Assembly (NCBI GenBank): GCA_963826825.1
Contig: CAWGYV010000009.1
Span: 44,712 to 108,711, forward strand
Length of the DNA stretch: 64,000 bases
Direction: 5' to 3'
Source of the DNA: an uncultured Acidimicrobiia bacterium
GTDB taxonomy: Bacteria > Actinomycetota > Acidimicrobiia > Spongiisociales > DATADW01
Part shown: positions 46,232 to 55,803 of the stretch, piece by piece
Position numbering within the stretch: position 1 is the first letter of the stretch
How the letters are laid out: every line of letters starts with the position of its first letter
The notes under the pieces: generated by a model
Told to the model about the DNA's origin: nothing
Databases searched by the model: none
The model's input: the letters and a program-made list of their open reading frames with translations, nothing else
Made by a program: the position numbers and the translations under genes

Positions 46232-46525
46232 TCAGGAGACGAGACGACGGGTCTGCATCAGCCAGCGGCGACGGACCGGGCGCCGCTCCTCCTCGGTGAG
46301 CCCGCCCCAAATGCCAAAGCGTTGGTTGCTGGCCAATGCGTAGTCGAGGCAGTCCTGGCGCACCGGGCAGCCGATGCAGATCCGCTTGGCCATAGCGATC
46401 TGTGCTCCGGCGAGCCCAGTTTCGCCCGCCGGAAAGAAGAGCTCTGGTGTGTACCTGGCGCACGACGCCAACGCCCTCCATTGGAGGATCGTGGCAACCT
46501 GCTCGCCGTCCTCTCGGCTCTCCAT
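46232..46525 (-). CDS. whiB: WhiB family Fe-S transcription regulator
   Basis: Four conserved Cys (C...CIGC...C), LFFP, GIWGG. Confidence 0.9.
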   Translation of the reverse strand: MESREDGEQVATILQWRALASCARYTPELFFPAGETGLAGAQIAMAKRICIGCPVRQDCLDYALASNQRFGIWGGLTEEERRPVRRRWLMQTRRLVS

Positions 46526-46665
46526 ACGTGACCCCCTTTGATTCCCGCTAAATCTAGGTCATCGGGACGGGAGCGCAACCGGTCGTCTTCGCGTTCTCTC
46601 CGATCGGTGGCCCGCCGGTCGCCACTCTATTACCACTCAATGCGCTCTCCTCCTAGCCTGACTTC

Positions 46666-47519
46666 GTGTCCGGCGACGTGGTTGGCCTGGTGGAAGTGGC
46701 GCGGACGCTTGGCGTCCACTACATGACGGCATACCGCTACGTCCGGCTCGGACAGTTGCCGGCGAACAAGGTCGGGTCGGTGTGGCAGGTCGACCGGTGC
46801 GACCTCGACGGATTTCTCGAACGCGGTCCCATCGAGACATCACCTCGCCGCCGGGCAGATTGGGCGAGCCGGATGGAGGTGCGGCTCCTTGGCGGCGACC
46901 AGGCGGGTGCATGGGCGATCGTCGAGGCTGCGCTGACCGGCGGCATCGAGCCGGTGGAGGTTTATACCGAGGTTCTCGGACCGGCGCTGAGGTCGATCGG
47001 CGATCGCTGGGCGGCCGGCGAGATCGACCCGGGGCAGGAACATCTGGCAACGGCCATCGCCCACCGACTGATAGGGCGGCTTGGTCCTCGCTTTGCGCGA
47101 AGGGGCGAACCCGGGGTTCGGTGGTGCTGGCGATGCCACCCAACGACAGACATGGACTCGGGATTGCCATGGCGGGAGACGTCCTTCTTGGCGCCGGGTT
47201 CGAGCCAATCGATCTCGGGGCCGATGTCCCGCTTGGCTCGCTGGCATCTGCCATCGGAAGGGTCGATCGGCTGAGGGCGGTAGGCATTGGCTCAGTGGTA
47301 TCCAACAACCGAAAGCATCTGGCTGCGGCCATTCGAACGGCACGGCGCGCCGCCGGGCCGGACACTCCAGTCATCGTGGGCGGGCGAGGGACCAACCACG
47401 AAGAAGCCACCGTCATGGGAGCGGACGGATGGGCCGAAACCGCCGCTGAGGGCGTCGAATTGCTCGAAGTCCTCTTGGCGGAGCGGGGAAAGGACAACCA
47501 GCTCGCCGCCAATCGGTGA
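46666..47519 (+). CDS. HTH plus B12-binding regulator (CarH/LitR-like), frameshift at ~47103
   Basis: Excisionase-type HTH, W-x9-EH, DRHGLG, LGADVP, VGG; one G missing in a G run. Confidence 0.8.
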
Positions 47520-47554
47520 GCATCGCACCGGGGCCGCGATGCCGGTGGCCGTCT

Positions 47555-48352
47555 TCACCGGCCCTCTTGTCGGGGCGGCATCGGGAAGAACCCGCTGGTG
47601 CGACGGACGTACTCCTCGTACCCGGGGCGTCGCTTCCCAATGGTCTTCTCGAGCATCGCCTTGCCGGAGACCTGGATGAGCAGGATGGACATCACGATCG
47701 GACCTAAAACCGTCCACCAGGCGACACCGGTGGCCAGGGCGATCAGGTAGAGGCCCCACCAGACCATGAAGTCACCGAAGTAGTTGGGGTGGCGGGTGTA
47801 CCGCCAGAGCCCACGATCCATCACCTTGCCCTTGTTCGCCGGGTCGGCCTTGAATCTGGCCAGTTGCCAATCTCCGACTGATTCGAACACCAGTCCCACC
47901 AACCAGACACCCGCTCCGAGGTAGTCGACCCAAGTCAACCTGGGTGGTGATGTCGGGACCTGGCCGACCTGTACAGGGAGCGAGACCACCCACATGAGGG
48001 CGCCCTGGAGGCCGAAGACCGTCCCCAGGCTGACGAGGCCAAAGCGGTCACCGTGCCGGCGTCTCATCTCCTGATACCGGTAGTCCTCCTCCTTGCCGAG
48101 GTTGCGCATCGCCAGGTAGACGGACAGCCTCAGCCCCCAGACCGTGGTGAGTCCAGTCAGCAGCCAGCGGCGCGGGTCGGCACCATCGGCGACGAGGAAC
48201 GCCGTCCAAGCCACGATGACGAATCCGAGACCCCACACGATGTCGACTGTCGAGGCGTTGCGAATGGGGAGGCTCACCAGCCAGGTTGCGATCATCACAA
48301 CGGCGACCGCGACCGCCGAGGCTGTGAGCACCGACCCGAGGTCCTCCATCAT
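47555..48352 (-). CDS. DUF1295 (steroid 5-alpha-reductase-like) membrane protein
   Basis: VDIVWG, WGLRL, EDYRY, DWQL..FK, RHPNYFG motifs. Confidence 0.88.
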   Translation of the reverse strand: MMEDLGSVLTASAVAVAVVMIATWLVSLPIRNASTVDIVWGLGFVIVAWTAFLVADGADPRRWLLTGLTTVWGLRLSVYLAMRNLGKEEDYRYQEMRRRHGDRFGLVSLGTVFGLQGALMWVVSLPVQVGQVPTSPPRLTWVDYLGAGVWLVGLVFESVGDWQLARFKADPANKGKVMDRGLWRYTRHPNYFGDFMVWWGLYLIALATGVAWWTVLGPIVMSILLIQVSGKAMLEKTIGKRRPGYEEYVRRTSGFFPMPPRQEGR

Positions 48353-49443
48353 CCGACCGCGACCGATTCGATCCAATCGTCGACCTGTTGCCACTGATCG
48401 AACAGCCAGGCGACGCGCTCGCTGCGGTCCTCGGGTATCTGATCCGCCTCGACCCGGCGGAAGCAGACGTGGATGGTCTTCCCCACCAACCCGATGCGCA
48501 GCACATCGCCCAGCTGGGCCAGTCCTTCCAGGCCGTGATGGGCGCAGACCACCACGTCTGCGCCCGTGTCGAGCAGCGCCAGTGGTCCACCCGGCCGCGG
48601 CGGCAGCAGCCGACGGAGCCGCCTCGCCCCGTCCGCCAACGCGGGATCTGTCCTCTCCAACCGACGGATCGCTTGGTCGCGCTTCCTTGGCGTGAACCGG
48701 GTCCCCTCCGGGTAGATCAGCACCCCGTCACGTTCGGTCAGACCCGTCCCCAGGCGTCGGATCTGGGCGATCTCGGTGACCGAGTCGGTCCCTTCGCGGC
48801 GCACGAAGACGTTGGGGAGCCGTTGACCGCCGATGTCGAGGACTGGGTCCCAGAGAAGCTCCTTCTTGAGCACGTAGCGCAACCGGATGCCATGAGGAAG
48901 GCTCACCAGTCCGGCTGGGAGGAGGTTGTCGACGATGCTGGCGTGGCGCATCATCAACAGGATCGGCCCTGGAGCGATCTGCTCGTCACCCTGAACGACG
49001 AATCGAAGCTGGAACACCGAGCGCAGCGACTTGAAGAGCGTGGACGACCACCACCTCTGAAGGGCCCAGGTGAGATCGACGGTTCGCCGGCCACCGCCAC
49101 CCACCAGCCAGGCCGCTCCGAGTCCGATGAGCCCGATCGTCTCGGAGGCGAGAAACAGCCAACCGAACACGGCAAGCCGGGTGATCATCCAGCGGTGCCT
49201 TCCCACCCCGCGGATCAGATCGGCGATCACGCTCAGCCCGAAAATCGCCGGTGACAAGAAGCTGACCGCGACGAACAGCACAACCACGGTCGATATCGTC
49301 CGCGCCCGCCGGGCGAGCCGCTCGGAGCTCTGTTCGATTGGCGTAGACGAGCGGTTCTTCATTGGTGCCCAGTCGCGGTTCGGCACTTCTCCCGCATCGA
49401 GGAGGTTGATAGCACCCGGTGCAGGTTCGGCAGGTGCCATCAC
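48349..49443 (-). CDS. PlsC-family acyltransferase
   Basis: HASIVD (HxxxxD), KKEL, YPEGTR motifs. Confidence 0.85.
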   Translation of the reverse strand: MMAPAEPAPGAINLLDAGEVPNRDWAPMKNRSSTPIEQSSERLARRARTISTVVVLFVAVSFLSPAIFGLSVIADLIRGVGRHRWMITRLAVFGWLFLASETIGLIGLGAAWLVGGGGRRTVDLTWALQRWWSSTLFKSLRSVFQLRFVVQGDEQIAPGPILLMMRHASIVDNLLPAGLVSLPHGIRLRYVLKKELLWDPVLDIGGQRLPNVFVRREGTDSVTEIAQIRRLGTGLTERDGVLIYPEGTRFTPRKRDQAIRRLERTDPALADGARRLRRLLPPRPGGPLALLDTGADVVVCAHHGLEGLAQLGDVLRIGLVGKTIHVCFRRVEADQIPEDRSERVAWLFDQWQQVDDWIESVAVG

Positions 49444-50024
49444 CGCCCACCGAGGCCCTCACGCTCGAGTGCCGTCCTGAGTCGCTTCATTCCCGATCGG
49501 ATCCTGCTTTTCACCGTCCCCTCTGGCTCACCGAGGAAATCCGCCACCTGGCGGTAGGTGAGGCCGTCGAAGTAGGCAAGTTCGATGGCGCGTCGTTCTC
49601 TGTCATCAAGGCGCAGCAGAGCAGCGCGGAGCCGATCGGCGTCCACCCACGTACACACCTGGTCCTCAGGGGTGGCCGACACACTGACACTTCGCAGCCC
49701 AACCCTCTCCTGGCGTGAACGACGCGCCGCCTCGGACCGGATGAGATCGACACTCCGGCCATGGGCGTGCGAAAGGAGATAGGAGCGGAGGGTTCCACGG
49801 AACGGGTCATATCGCTCCGGGCTTCGCCAAAGCCGTAGGAACACCTCCTGGACGACGTCGTCGGCCAACCCAGGGTCTTGGGTGAGCCGGCGGGCGAGGC
49901 CGTGAACCGAGCGTGCGTGGAGCCTGTACGCCTCGGCAAGCGATTCGTGTTCGCGAGACGTGAGTTGGGACCGAAGCCGCATATCACCCGGCTCGGCCTC
50001 CTTGTGGCGGCTGTGACGAGGCAT
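49440..50024 (-). CDS. ECF sigma factor, SigK-like
   Basis: DVVQEVFL.LW, YD..RG, LAYFDGLTY, GTVKSRIR motifs; start uncertain. Confidence 0.88.
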   Translation of the reverse strand: MPRHSRHKEAEPGDMRLRSQLTSREHESLAEAYRLHARSVHGLARRLTQDPGLADDVVQEVFLRLWRSPERYDPFRGTLRSYLLSHAHGRSVDLIRSEAARRSRQERVGLRSVSVSATPEDQVCTWVDADRLRAALLRLDDRERRAIELAYFDGLTYRQVADFLGEPEGTVKSRIRSGMKRLRTALEREGLGGR

Positions 50025-50072
50025 GTGCTGAGTTTTAGCACTAAATATTCTGCAACACCAAGGCGAAGGGTT

Positions 50073-50097
50073 CATCCCGACCGAGAGGCGCTCCGTA
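50073..50097 (+). promoter_or_regulatory. SigK-type ECF promoter
   Basis: CATCC-N15-CCGTA upstream of the DUF4397 gene. Confidence 0.6.
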
Positions 50098-50128
50098 TGT
50101 GGGGCAGGTGATCGAAGAAGGGAAAGAG

Positions 50129-50920
50129 ATGAGGATCAGAACATTCGCTGTGGCGTTCGTGCTTGCGATGCTCCCGGCATCGGCTGTCTTGGCTCAGGAA
50201 TCCGGAATCGTCACCGTGGTCCATGGGATCCCAGGAGACGACGACTTCCCTGTTGACGTCTATGTCAACGGAGACCTGACGCTCGAAGGATTCACATTTG
50301 CGACGGTGACCGATCCGTTGGAACTGCCAGCCGACGACTACGACATCGAGGTCTTCCCGGGTGGAGCCGACCCGGAGGCCGACGAGCCGGCGCTCGCCGA
50401 CACGGTGACCCTCCCGGCCGGAGCGAACGCGTCGATCGTGGCGCACCTCACAGAAGGCGGTGACCCAGCACTCACGGTATTCGTCAACGACACGTCGCCG
50501 TTGGACGCAGGCAACGGGAGGGTTGTGCTTCGCCATACCGCGGCGGCCCCCGCCGTCGACGTTGTGTCGGGGGACACCATGCTCGCCGAAGGTCTGACAA
50601 ATCCCAACGAGGCGCAGCTCGACGTTCCTGCTGCCGACTATCCGGTCAGCATCGTGCCTGCGGGTGGTGGCGACCCGGTGTTCTCGACAGACGCGGTGCC
50701 GGTGGCGGAGGGTGAGGCGCTCATCGCCTACGCCATCGGTACGGTGGACGGGCCCTTCACCGTCGCGGTTCAGATCATCTCCGGTCTGCACGGGTCACCG
50801 TCTGGAGTACCCACCGGCGATGGCGGTGCTGGCGGTGCCTTTCCGTTGTGGTTGAGTCTGCTGATGGCAGTGGCCGCGGTTGGTGTCGCGGGCTCGATCG
50901 CCTTGGCCCGCCGGCGCTGA
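50129..50920 (+). CDS. DUF4397-type secreted protein with sortase sorting signal
   Basis: Signal peptide, VVHGIP and RHTAAAPAVD, VPTG plus TM helix plus RRR tail. Confidence 0.82.
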   Translation: MRIRTFAVAFVLAMLPASAVLAQESGIVTVVHGIPGDDDFPVDVYVNGDLTLEGFTFATVTDPLELPADDYDIEVFPGGADPEADEPALADTVTLPAGANASIVAHLTEGGDPALTVFVNDTSPLDAGNGRVVLRHTAAAPAVDVVSGDTMLAEGLTNPNEAQLDVPAADYPVSIVPAGGGDPVFSTDAVPVAEGEALIAYAIGTVDGPFTVAVQIISGLHGSPSGVPTGDGGAGGAFPLWLSLLMAVAAVGVAGSIALARRR

Positions 50921-50924
50921 AACC

Positions 50925-50978
50925 GCTTTTGGCGTCACCAAACGCGGCATGTCCCCGCTGGGTGACGCCAAAACGGGA
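50925..50978. repeat. ~54 bp dispersed palindromic element, copy 2
   Basis: Reverse complement closely matches 5731-5784. Confidence 0.8.
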
Positions 50979-51022
50979 TGGGGACCAACCCGATTGGCGT
51001 TCTGCTCCGTACATTGAGTGGG

Positions 51023-51889
51023 ATGTCTCGAATCGCCCTCGGGTTGGTCGCCGCTGTCTGCGCCGGTGTGCTGGTTGGTGCACCGTTGATCTGGCTGGCC
51101 GAGAGGCCGGCGGCGTCAGCGGGAGACCATGGCGCGGTGGTAGACGGATTGATGTCGTCTGAGCCTGCAGCCGGCGCCACCGATCGAGAGCCGACGAATC
51201 TCCAGGCGACGCCTGAGGTGGACGCGATCGACCTAGGGCCGATGGCAATTGCGACTGCTCCGGCAGGCTCGCTCCGGCTTCCCCAAGTCAACGAGTCCGA
51301 GGAGTCGGAGGCCGGCCACCTGCGGTTGGCAGAGAGCAGGCGCCGTTTGCGCCAGCAGCGCCGTCAGGAGGAGAGGGCGGCGCTACTCGACTTCCGGCCC
51401 GCCGGGATCGAGCACCTCGATACCGCAGCACCACCGGCACCGGTGCGGATACGGATCGAAGCGATCGAGGTGGACGCACCCGTCGCCGCCCTGGGTATCG
51501 ACCCAGACAGCGGCCAGATGGACGTGCCGGCGAATGTGAGCGAGGTTGGTTGGTATCGCCATGGGCCCGTCCCCGGCGAACCCGGTTCCTCGGTGATGGC
51601 GGCACACGTCGACCTCAGTGGTCCGGGCGAAGGTCTCTTCTGGTCACTCGGCGAGGTCGACCCGGGAGACCGAATCGTCGTGGACTACTCGGACGGCACA
51701 TCCGCCGAGTTCACCGTCGAGGCACGTAACACCTACCTGAAGACCGAGCTACCCGTCGAGGCGATCTTCTCTCGGGGAGGGACCCCGGTGCTCACCCTGG
51801 TGACATGCGGAGGCGGGTTCAACTCCTCGATCGGGCGATACGACTCGAACGTTGTGGTCTATGCGGTACCCGCGTCAGGCGGCCCCTGA
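51023..51889 (+). CDS. Class F sortase
   Basis: N-terminal TM; GWY..GP.PGE.G, AHVD, TLVTCGG.F, RY motifs. Confidence 0.88.
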   Translation: MSRIALGLVAAVCAGVLVGAPLIWLAERPAASAGDHGAVVDGLMSSEPAAGATDREPTNLQATPEVDAIDLGPMAIATAPAGSLRLPQVNESEESEAGHLRLAESRRRLRQQRRQEERAALLDFRPAGIEHLDTAAPPAPVRIRIEAIEVDAPVAALGIDPDSGQMDVPANVSEVGWYRHGPVPGEPGSSVMAAHVDLSGPGEGLFWSLGEVDPGDRIVVDYSDGTSAEFTVEARNTYLKTELPVEAIFSRGGTPVLTLVTCGGGFNSSIGRYDSNVVVYAVPASGGP

Positions 51890-51908
51890 AGTCCAACGGG
51901 GCCTATAC

Positions 51909-51936
51909 CGCCGTCCGCCGTCCGCCGTCCGCCGTC
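51909..51936. repeat. Heptamer array (CGCCGTC)x4
   Basis: Four exact units. Confidence 0.9.
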
Positions 51937-51965
51937 TTTGTCACCTCTCCTACCCTTGAGCGCCG

Positions 51966-52835
51966 ATGGATTCCATGGGCTCGAGCCACACTGTGCGAAC
52001 CGGTGACGGGACCCACCTCCACGTCGTCGAGTGGGCGCCCGAGCTTCCCGATGGCGAACAGCGCGAGGTGCTGCTCGTCCACGGGCTCGCCTCCAATGCG
52101 TTCGTCTGGGAAGGCGTCGGCCGGCGACTGGCGGGGAAGGGCCACCGGGTCGTGGCCGTCGACCAGCGCGGCCACGGTCGTTCGGACAGACCCGAACGCG
52201 GCTACGACTTCGGGACACTGGTCGAGGATCTCCGCTCGGTGATGGTTCGGCTCGGCGTGGATACGCCGCTGGTAGCCGGGCAGTCGTGGGGAGGCAACGT
52301 TGCGCTCGAATTGGCCTACCTGCACCCGGGGGAGGTCGCCTCGATCACGGGGGTGGACGGGGGGTTCATCGATCTGACCTCCTCCTTCGCCACTTGGGAA
52401 TCGGCGCTCGAGGCGCTGACCCCCCCGGAGCTCGACGGGATGAACCTCGAGGATGCCGAAAAGTGGCTCCGCCGCCAACACCCGGACTGGCCGGTGACTG
52501 GCATCGCCGGGAGCCTCGAGAACCTCCAGGTGGGCCAGGGCGGGAGGCTGGAACGCCGGCTGCCGCGGGACCGTCATCTCGAGATCCTCCAACAACTGTG
52601 GAACCACCGTCCGGGCCGCCGCTTTCCGGGGCTCTCCGTCCCCATGCTCTTCGTCGTGGCTTGCGGTCCCGGCCCCGACGCAGCCGTTAGGGCGGAGAAG
52701 ATCGAGCAGGTCGCGGGAGCCATACCGCGGTCCCGGGTCGTGCTCCTCCAAGGTGACCACGACCTCCACGCCCAGCATCCAGACGAGGTAGCGGATCTCA
52801 TCGCTGCCACCGAGGATCCGAGGTTCTTCGGATGA
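51966..52835 (+). CDS. Alpha/beta fold hydrolase
   Basis: HGLAS, DQRGHG, GQSWG, DHDLH motifs. Confidence 0.88.
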   Translation: MDSMGSSHTVRTGDGTHLHVVEWAPELPDGEQREVLLVHGLASNAFVWEGVGRRLAGKGHRVVAVDQRGHGRSDRPERGYDFGTLVEDLRSVMVRLGVDTPLVAGQSWGGNVALELAYLHPGEVASITGVDGGFIDLTSSFATWESALEALTPPELDGMNLEDAEKWLRRQHPDWPVTGIAGSLENLQVGQGGRLERRLPRDRHLEILQQLWNHRPGRRFPGLSVPMLFVVACGPGPDAAVRAEKIEQVAGAIPRSRVVLLQGDHDLHAQHPDEVADLIAATEDPRFFG

Positions 52836-54076
52836 CGGCGCGCCTACTGGTGATCATGGGTTCGGGCGAAACCGCACCCACCATGGTCAAGACCCATCGC
52901 GCCGTGCTGGAGCGCTTTGACGATCCCGTCCCCGCCGTCCTTCTCGACACGCCATATCGTTTTCAGGAGAACGCCACCGACATCTCGGGGCGGATCGTCG
53001 AGCACTTCCGTTCGAGTCTCAGTCAGGCGATCTCGGTGGCCACGCTTCCCGAGGGAGGTGAGCCGGGGGAAACGGCGAGCATCATCGAGACGATCCGGCG
53101 CGCCAACTACGTCTTCTCCGGCCCGGGTAGCCCGAGTTATGCCCTCCGCCGGTGGCGGGGGTCGGACGTTCCGGCGGTCCTCGACGACACCATCGCCTTC
53201 GGCGGCGCCGTGGTTTTCGCCAGCGCAGCGGCGTTGACGCTCGGTCGGTGGACCGTCCCCGTGTACGAGATCTACAAGGTGGGCGAGGATCCGCATTGGC
53301 TCGAAGGGCTCGATCTCCTCGGCCGGACCGGGATCGACGGGGCGGTGATCCCCCATTTCGACAATGCCGAGGGGGGGAACCACGACACCCGCTTCTGCTA
53401 TCTGGGGGCGCGCCGGCTGGCGTTGATGCGCTCGCTGCTCCCCGAGTCGACCACGATCATCGGTGTGGACGAGCACACAGCACTGACCATCGACCTCGAC
53501 GCGGCGGTTGCTTCGGTGAGCGGGTTGGGGACCGTGACCATCCTGACCGATGCCGGTTCCGAGGTGATGGGAGCCGGTGACGAGGCGACTCTGTCCGAGC
53601 TGGGATCTGCCGTGGACGCGACGACCGAGCACCACCTGGCCGAGTTCGCACCGTCGGACCCCGAGACCGGCGACCCCTTTGCCGCGGGCTGGCGCGAGTT
53701 GGAGCAGCGATTCGAACCGGCACTCCTCGACGGTGATGTCGATGTCGCCCTCGATTCGGTGGTGGGCTTGCACCATTTGATCCTGGACTGGGCCGCAGAC
53801 ACCAATCAGTCGCCGGAGAGCGAGAGGGCCGAGCGTGCCTTGCGGGGAATGCTGGTGCGACTTGCAGGAGTGGCGCAGCAAGGGGTACGCGATCGCAGGG
53901 AGCTCGTCGGTGGGCTCGTCGAGGCCGTGCTCGAAGCGCGGAACGCGGCACGCGCCAATGATCGCTGGGGCGAAGCCGACGCTCTACGCGACCGACTGGA
54001 TGCACTTGGGATAGCTGTCAAAGACACCAGAGACGGGTCGATCTGGGAGTTGGCCGAAGACCGCACAGGCGATTGA
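52832..54076 (+). CDS. Peptidase S51/cyanophycinase-like domain fused to a CysRS-like C-terminal domain
   Basis: GSGE, GPGSP, FASAAA, PHFDN, GVDE; tail R..AR....W.EAD.LRD.L...GI.VKD..DG..W. Confidence 0.7.
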   Translation: MTARLLVIMGSGETAPTMVKTHRAVLERFDDPVPAVLLDTPYRFQENATDISGRIVEHFRSSLSQAISVATLPEGGEPGETASIIETIRRANYVFSGPGSPSYALRRWRGSDVPAVLDDTIAFGGAVVFASAAALTLGRWTVPVYEIYKVGEDPHWLEGLDLLGRTGIDGAVIPHFDNAEGGNHDTRFCYLGARRLALMRSLLPESTTIIGVDEHTALTIDLDAAVASVSGLGTVTILTDAGSEVMGAGDEATLSELGSAVDATTEHHLAEFAPSDPETGDPFAAGWRELEQRFEPALLDGDVDVALDSVVGLHHLILDWAADTNQSPESERAERALRGMLVRLAGVAQQGVRDRRELVGGLVEAVLEARNAARANDRWGEADALRDRLDALGIAVKDTRDGSIWELAEDRTGD

Positions 54077-54082
54077 GGCCCG

Positions 54083-55180
54083 ATGGGGAGCGTCATCGTC
54101 GGCACCGGAGTTCACCTACCCGATCGCATCGTCACCAACGACGACCTCTCCCGAGTGATGGACGTTTCTGACGAGTGGATCCGGTCGAGGAGCGGCGTAG
54201 AGCAGCGCCGGTTCGCCGATCCAGGGGTGGGCGCCTCCCAACTGGGAACTCAGGCAGGGCTGGCGGCGCTCGACGATGCCGGTCTGGCCGCTGACGAAGT
54301 AGACGCAATTGTCACCGCCACCATGACCCCCGACCTGTTCGCACCCGGGATCGCCCCGATGATCCAGCAGGCGATGGGTCTGCGACGGATCCCGGCACAC
54401 GACCTGCGGGCGCAGTGCTCCGGATTCCTCTACGGCCTCGACCTGGCCGACGCCCTCATCGTGTCGGGGCGGGCTGCAACCGTGCTCGTGGTCGGGGCCG
54501 AGGTGCACGCCGGCTATCACCCGTGGTGGCCGAACCGCGACTACCTGTACGGCTTGTCCGACGAGCCACCGACACCCGACCAGTGGGACGAGAACACCAG
54601 GCACAGGTCGTGGAGCGTGCTTTTCGGCGACGGGGCGGGTGCCGTGGTGCTCAGACGGAACGACGATCCCAGGTCCGGGTACATCGGATCGCGGCTTTGG
54701 ACCGATGGCGACTTGCTGGAGTTGATCCACGTTCCGGGGGTGGGTTTTCGCCACCAACCCTGGGTGGACCACTCCCAACTCGACGCCGGGCTCCACATAC
54801 CGGTGATGGACGGGCGCGAGTTGTTCCGCAAAGCGGTCGAGCTGATGCCGGATGCGATCAGAGTGGTGCTCGCCGATCACGGGCTCGATGTCGCCGATCT
54901 CGACCTCGTCCTCTCCCACCAGGCCAATTCCCGGATCGTCGATGCGGTCCGCAAGGCGATCGGCGTGGAACCCGACGTCGTCCCGGTCAACATCTCCCGG
55001 TACGGCAACACCACCGCCGCCACGCTCCCCATCCTCCTCCACGAGATGCGGCGGGAAGGGAGAGTGCCCCCAGGAGCCCTCATCTGCCTGACCGCGTTTG
55101 GCGCGGGTGCCCACTGGGGTGCCTCGCTCTACCGGGAGCCGGGGCCGACGACGGCGACCTCGGACACAACCGGACCGTAA
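54083..55180 (+). CDS. fabH: 3-oxoacyl-ACP synthase III family protein
   Basis: AQCSGF, LFGDGAGA, HQAN, YGNT, FGAG motifs. Confidence 0.88.
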   Translation: MGSVIVGTGVHLPDRIVTNDDLSRVMDVSDEWIRSRSGVEQRRFADPGVGASQLGTQAGLAALDDAGLAADEVDAIVTATMTPDLFAPGIAPMIQQAMGLRRIPAHDLRAQCSGFLYGLDLADALIVSGRAATVLVVGAEVHAGYHPWWPNRDYLYGLSDEPPTPDQWDENTRHRSWSVLFGDGAGAVVLRRNDDPRSGYIGSRLWTDGDLLELIHVPGVGFRHQPWVDHSQLDAGLHIPVMDGRELFRKAVELMPDAIRVVLADHGLDVADLDLVLSHQANSRIVDAVRKAIGVEPDVVPVNISRYGNTTAATLPILLHEMRREGRVPPGALICLTAFGAGAHWGASLYREPGPTTATSDTTGP

Positions 55181-55191
55181 CCTGGAGAGCA

Positions 55192-55803
55192 ATGCCGCGG
55201 ATACGCGCCGCCAACATCGAGGATCACAAGGAACTGACCCGGCATCAGTTGATCGATGCCACGCGCCAACTGCTGGCTGAAGTCGGATACGAGATGCTCA
55301 CCTTGGGTGACATCGCCGCCGCCGTAGGGATCGGACGTACCACGATCTACCAGTATTTCCGCGACAAGGAGGACGTGCTCGCCTCGCTGGTCGAGGAGAC
55401 TCTCCCCCAGGTTGTGGAGGACATCATCGCCTCGGTCCCCGACGACCTCCCCGTAGAACGCCGACTCACCGCGCTCGCCGAGGCCACGGTCGGGTTCGTC
55501 GCCAGCGATCCGGTTCTCGGCCTGGTTCTCCACCGTGACGTGTCCAAGCTCTCCGAGTCGACCCAGGAGAGGATCAGCGGCGCCCACCGGGATCTGTCTG
55601 CCGAGATCGCCCGGCTCTACCTGGTCGGCGTCGAGCAGGGTCGCTTCCGGGCGCTCCCTCCCCGGTTGGTCGGGCGGTTCATCCAGGACCTGATCATGTC
55701 GTCGGCGCGTGCCCTGGTCGACGCCCCCGACCCGCGGGCCGTGGCAGGCGAGACCACCGGCGCCATGGCGGAATTCCTGCTCCACGGGTTGTCGGCGCGG
55801 TGA
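55192..55803 (+). CDS. TetR family regulator
   Basis: IAAAVGIGRTTIYQYF HTH. Confidence 0.9.
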   Translation: MPRIRAANIEDHKELTRHQLIDATRQLLAEVGYEMLTLGDIAAAVGIGRTTIYQYFRDKEDVLASLVEETLPQVVEDIIASVPDDLPVERRLTALAEATVGFVASDPVLGLVLHRDVSKLSESTQERISGAHRDLSAEIARLYLVGVEQGRFRALPPRLVGRFIQDLIMSSARALVDAPDPRAVAGETTGAMAEFLLHGLSAR

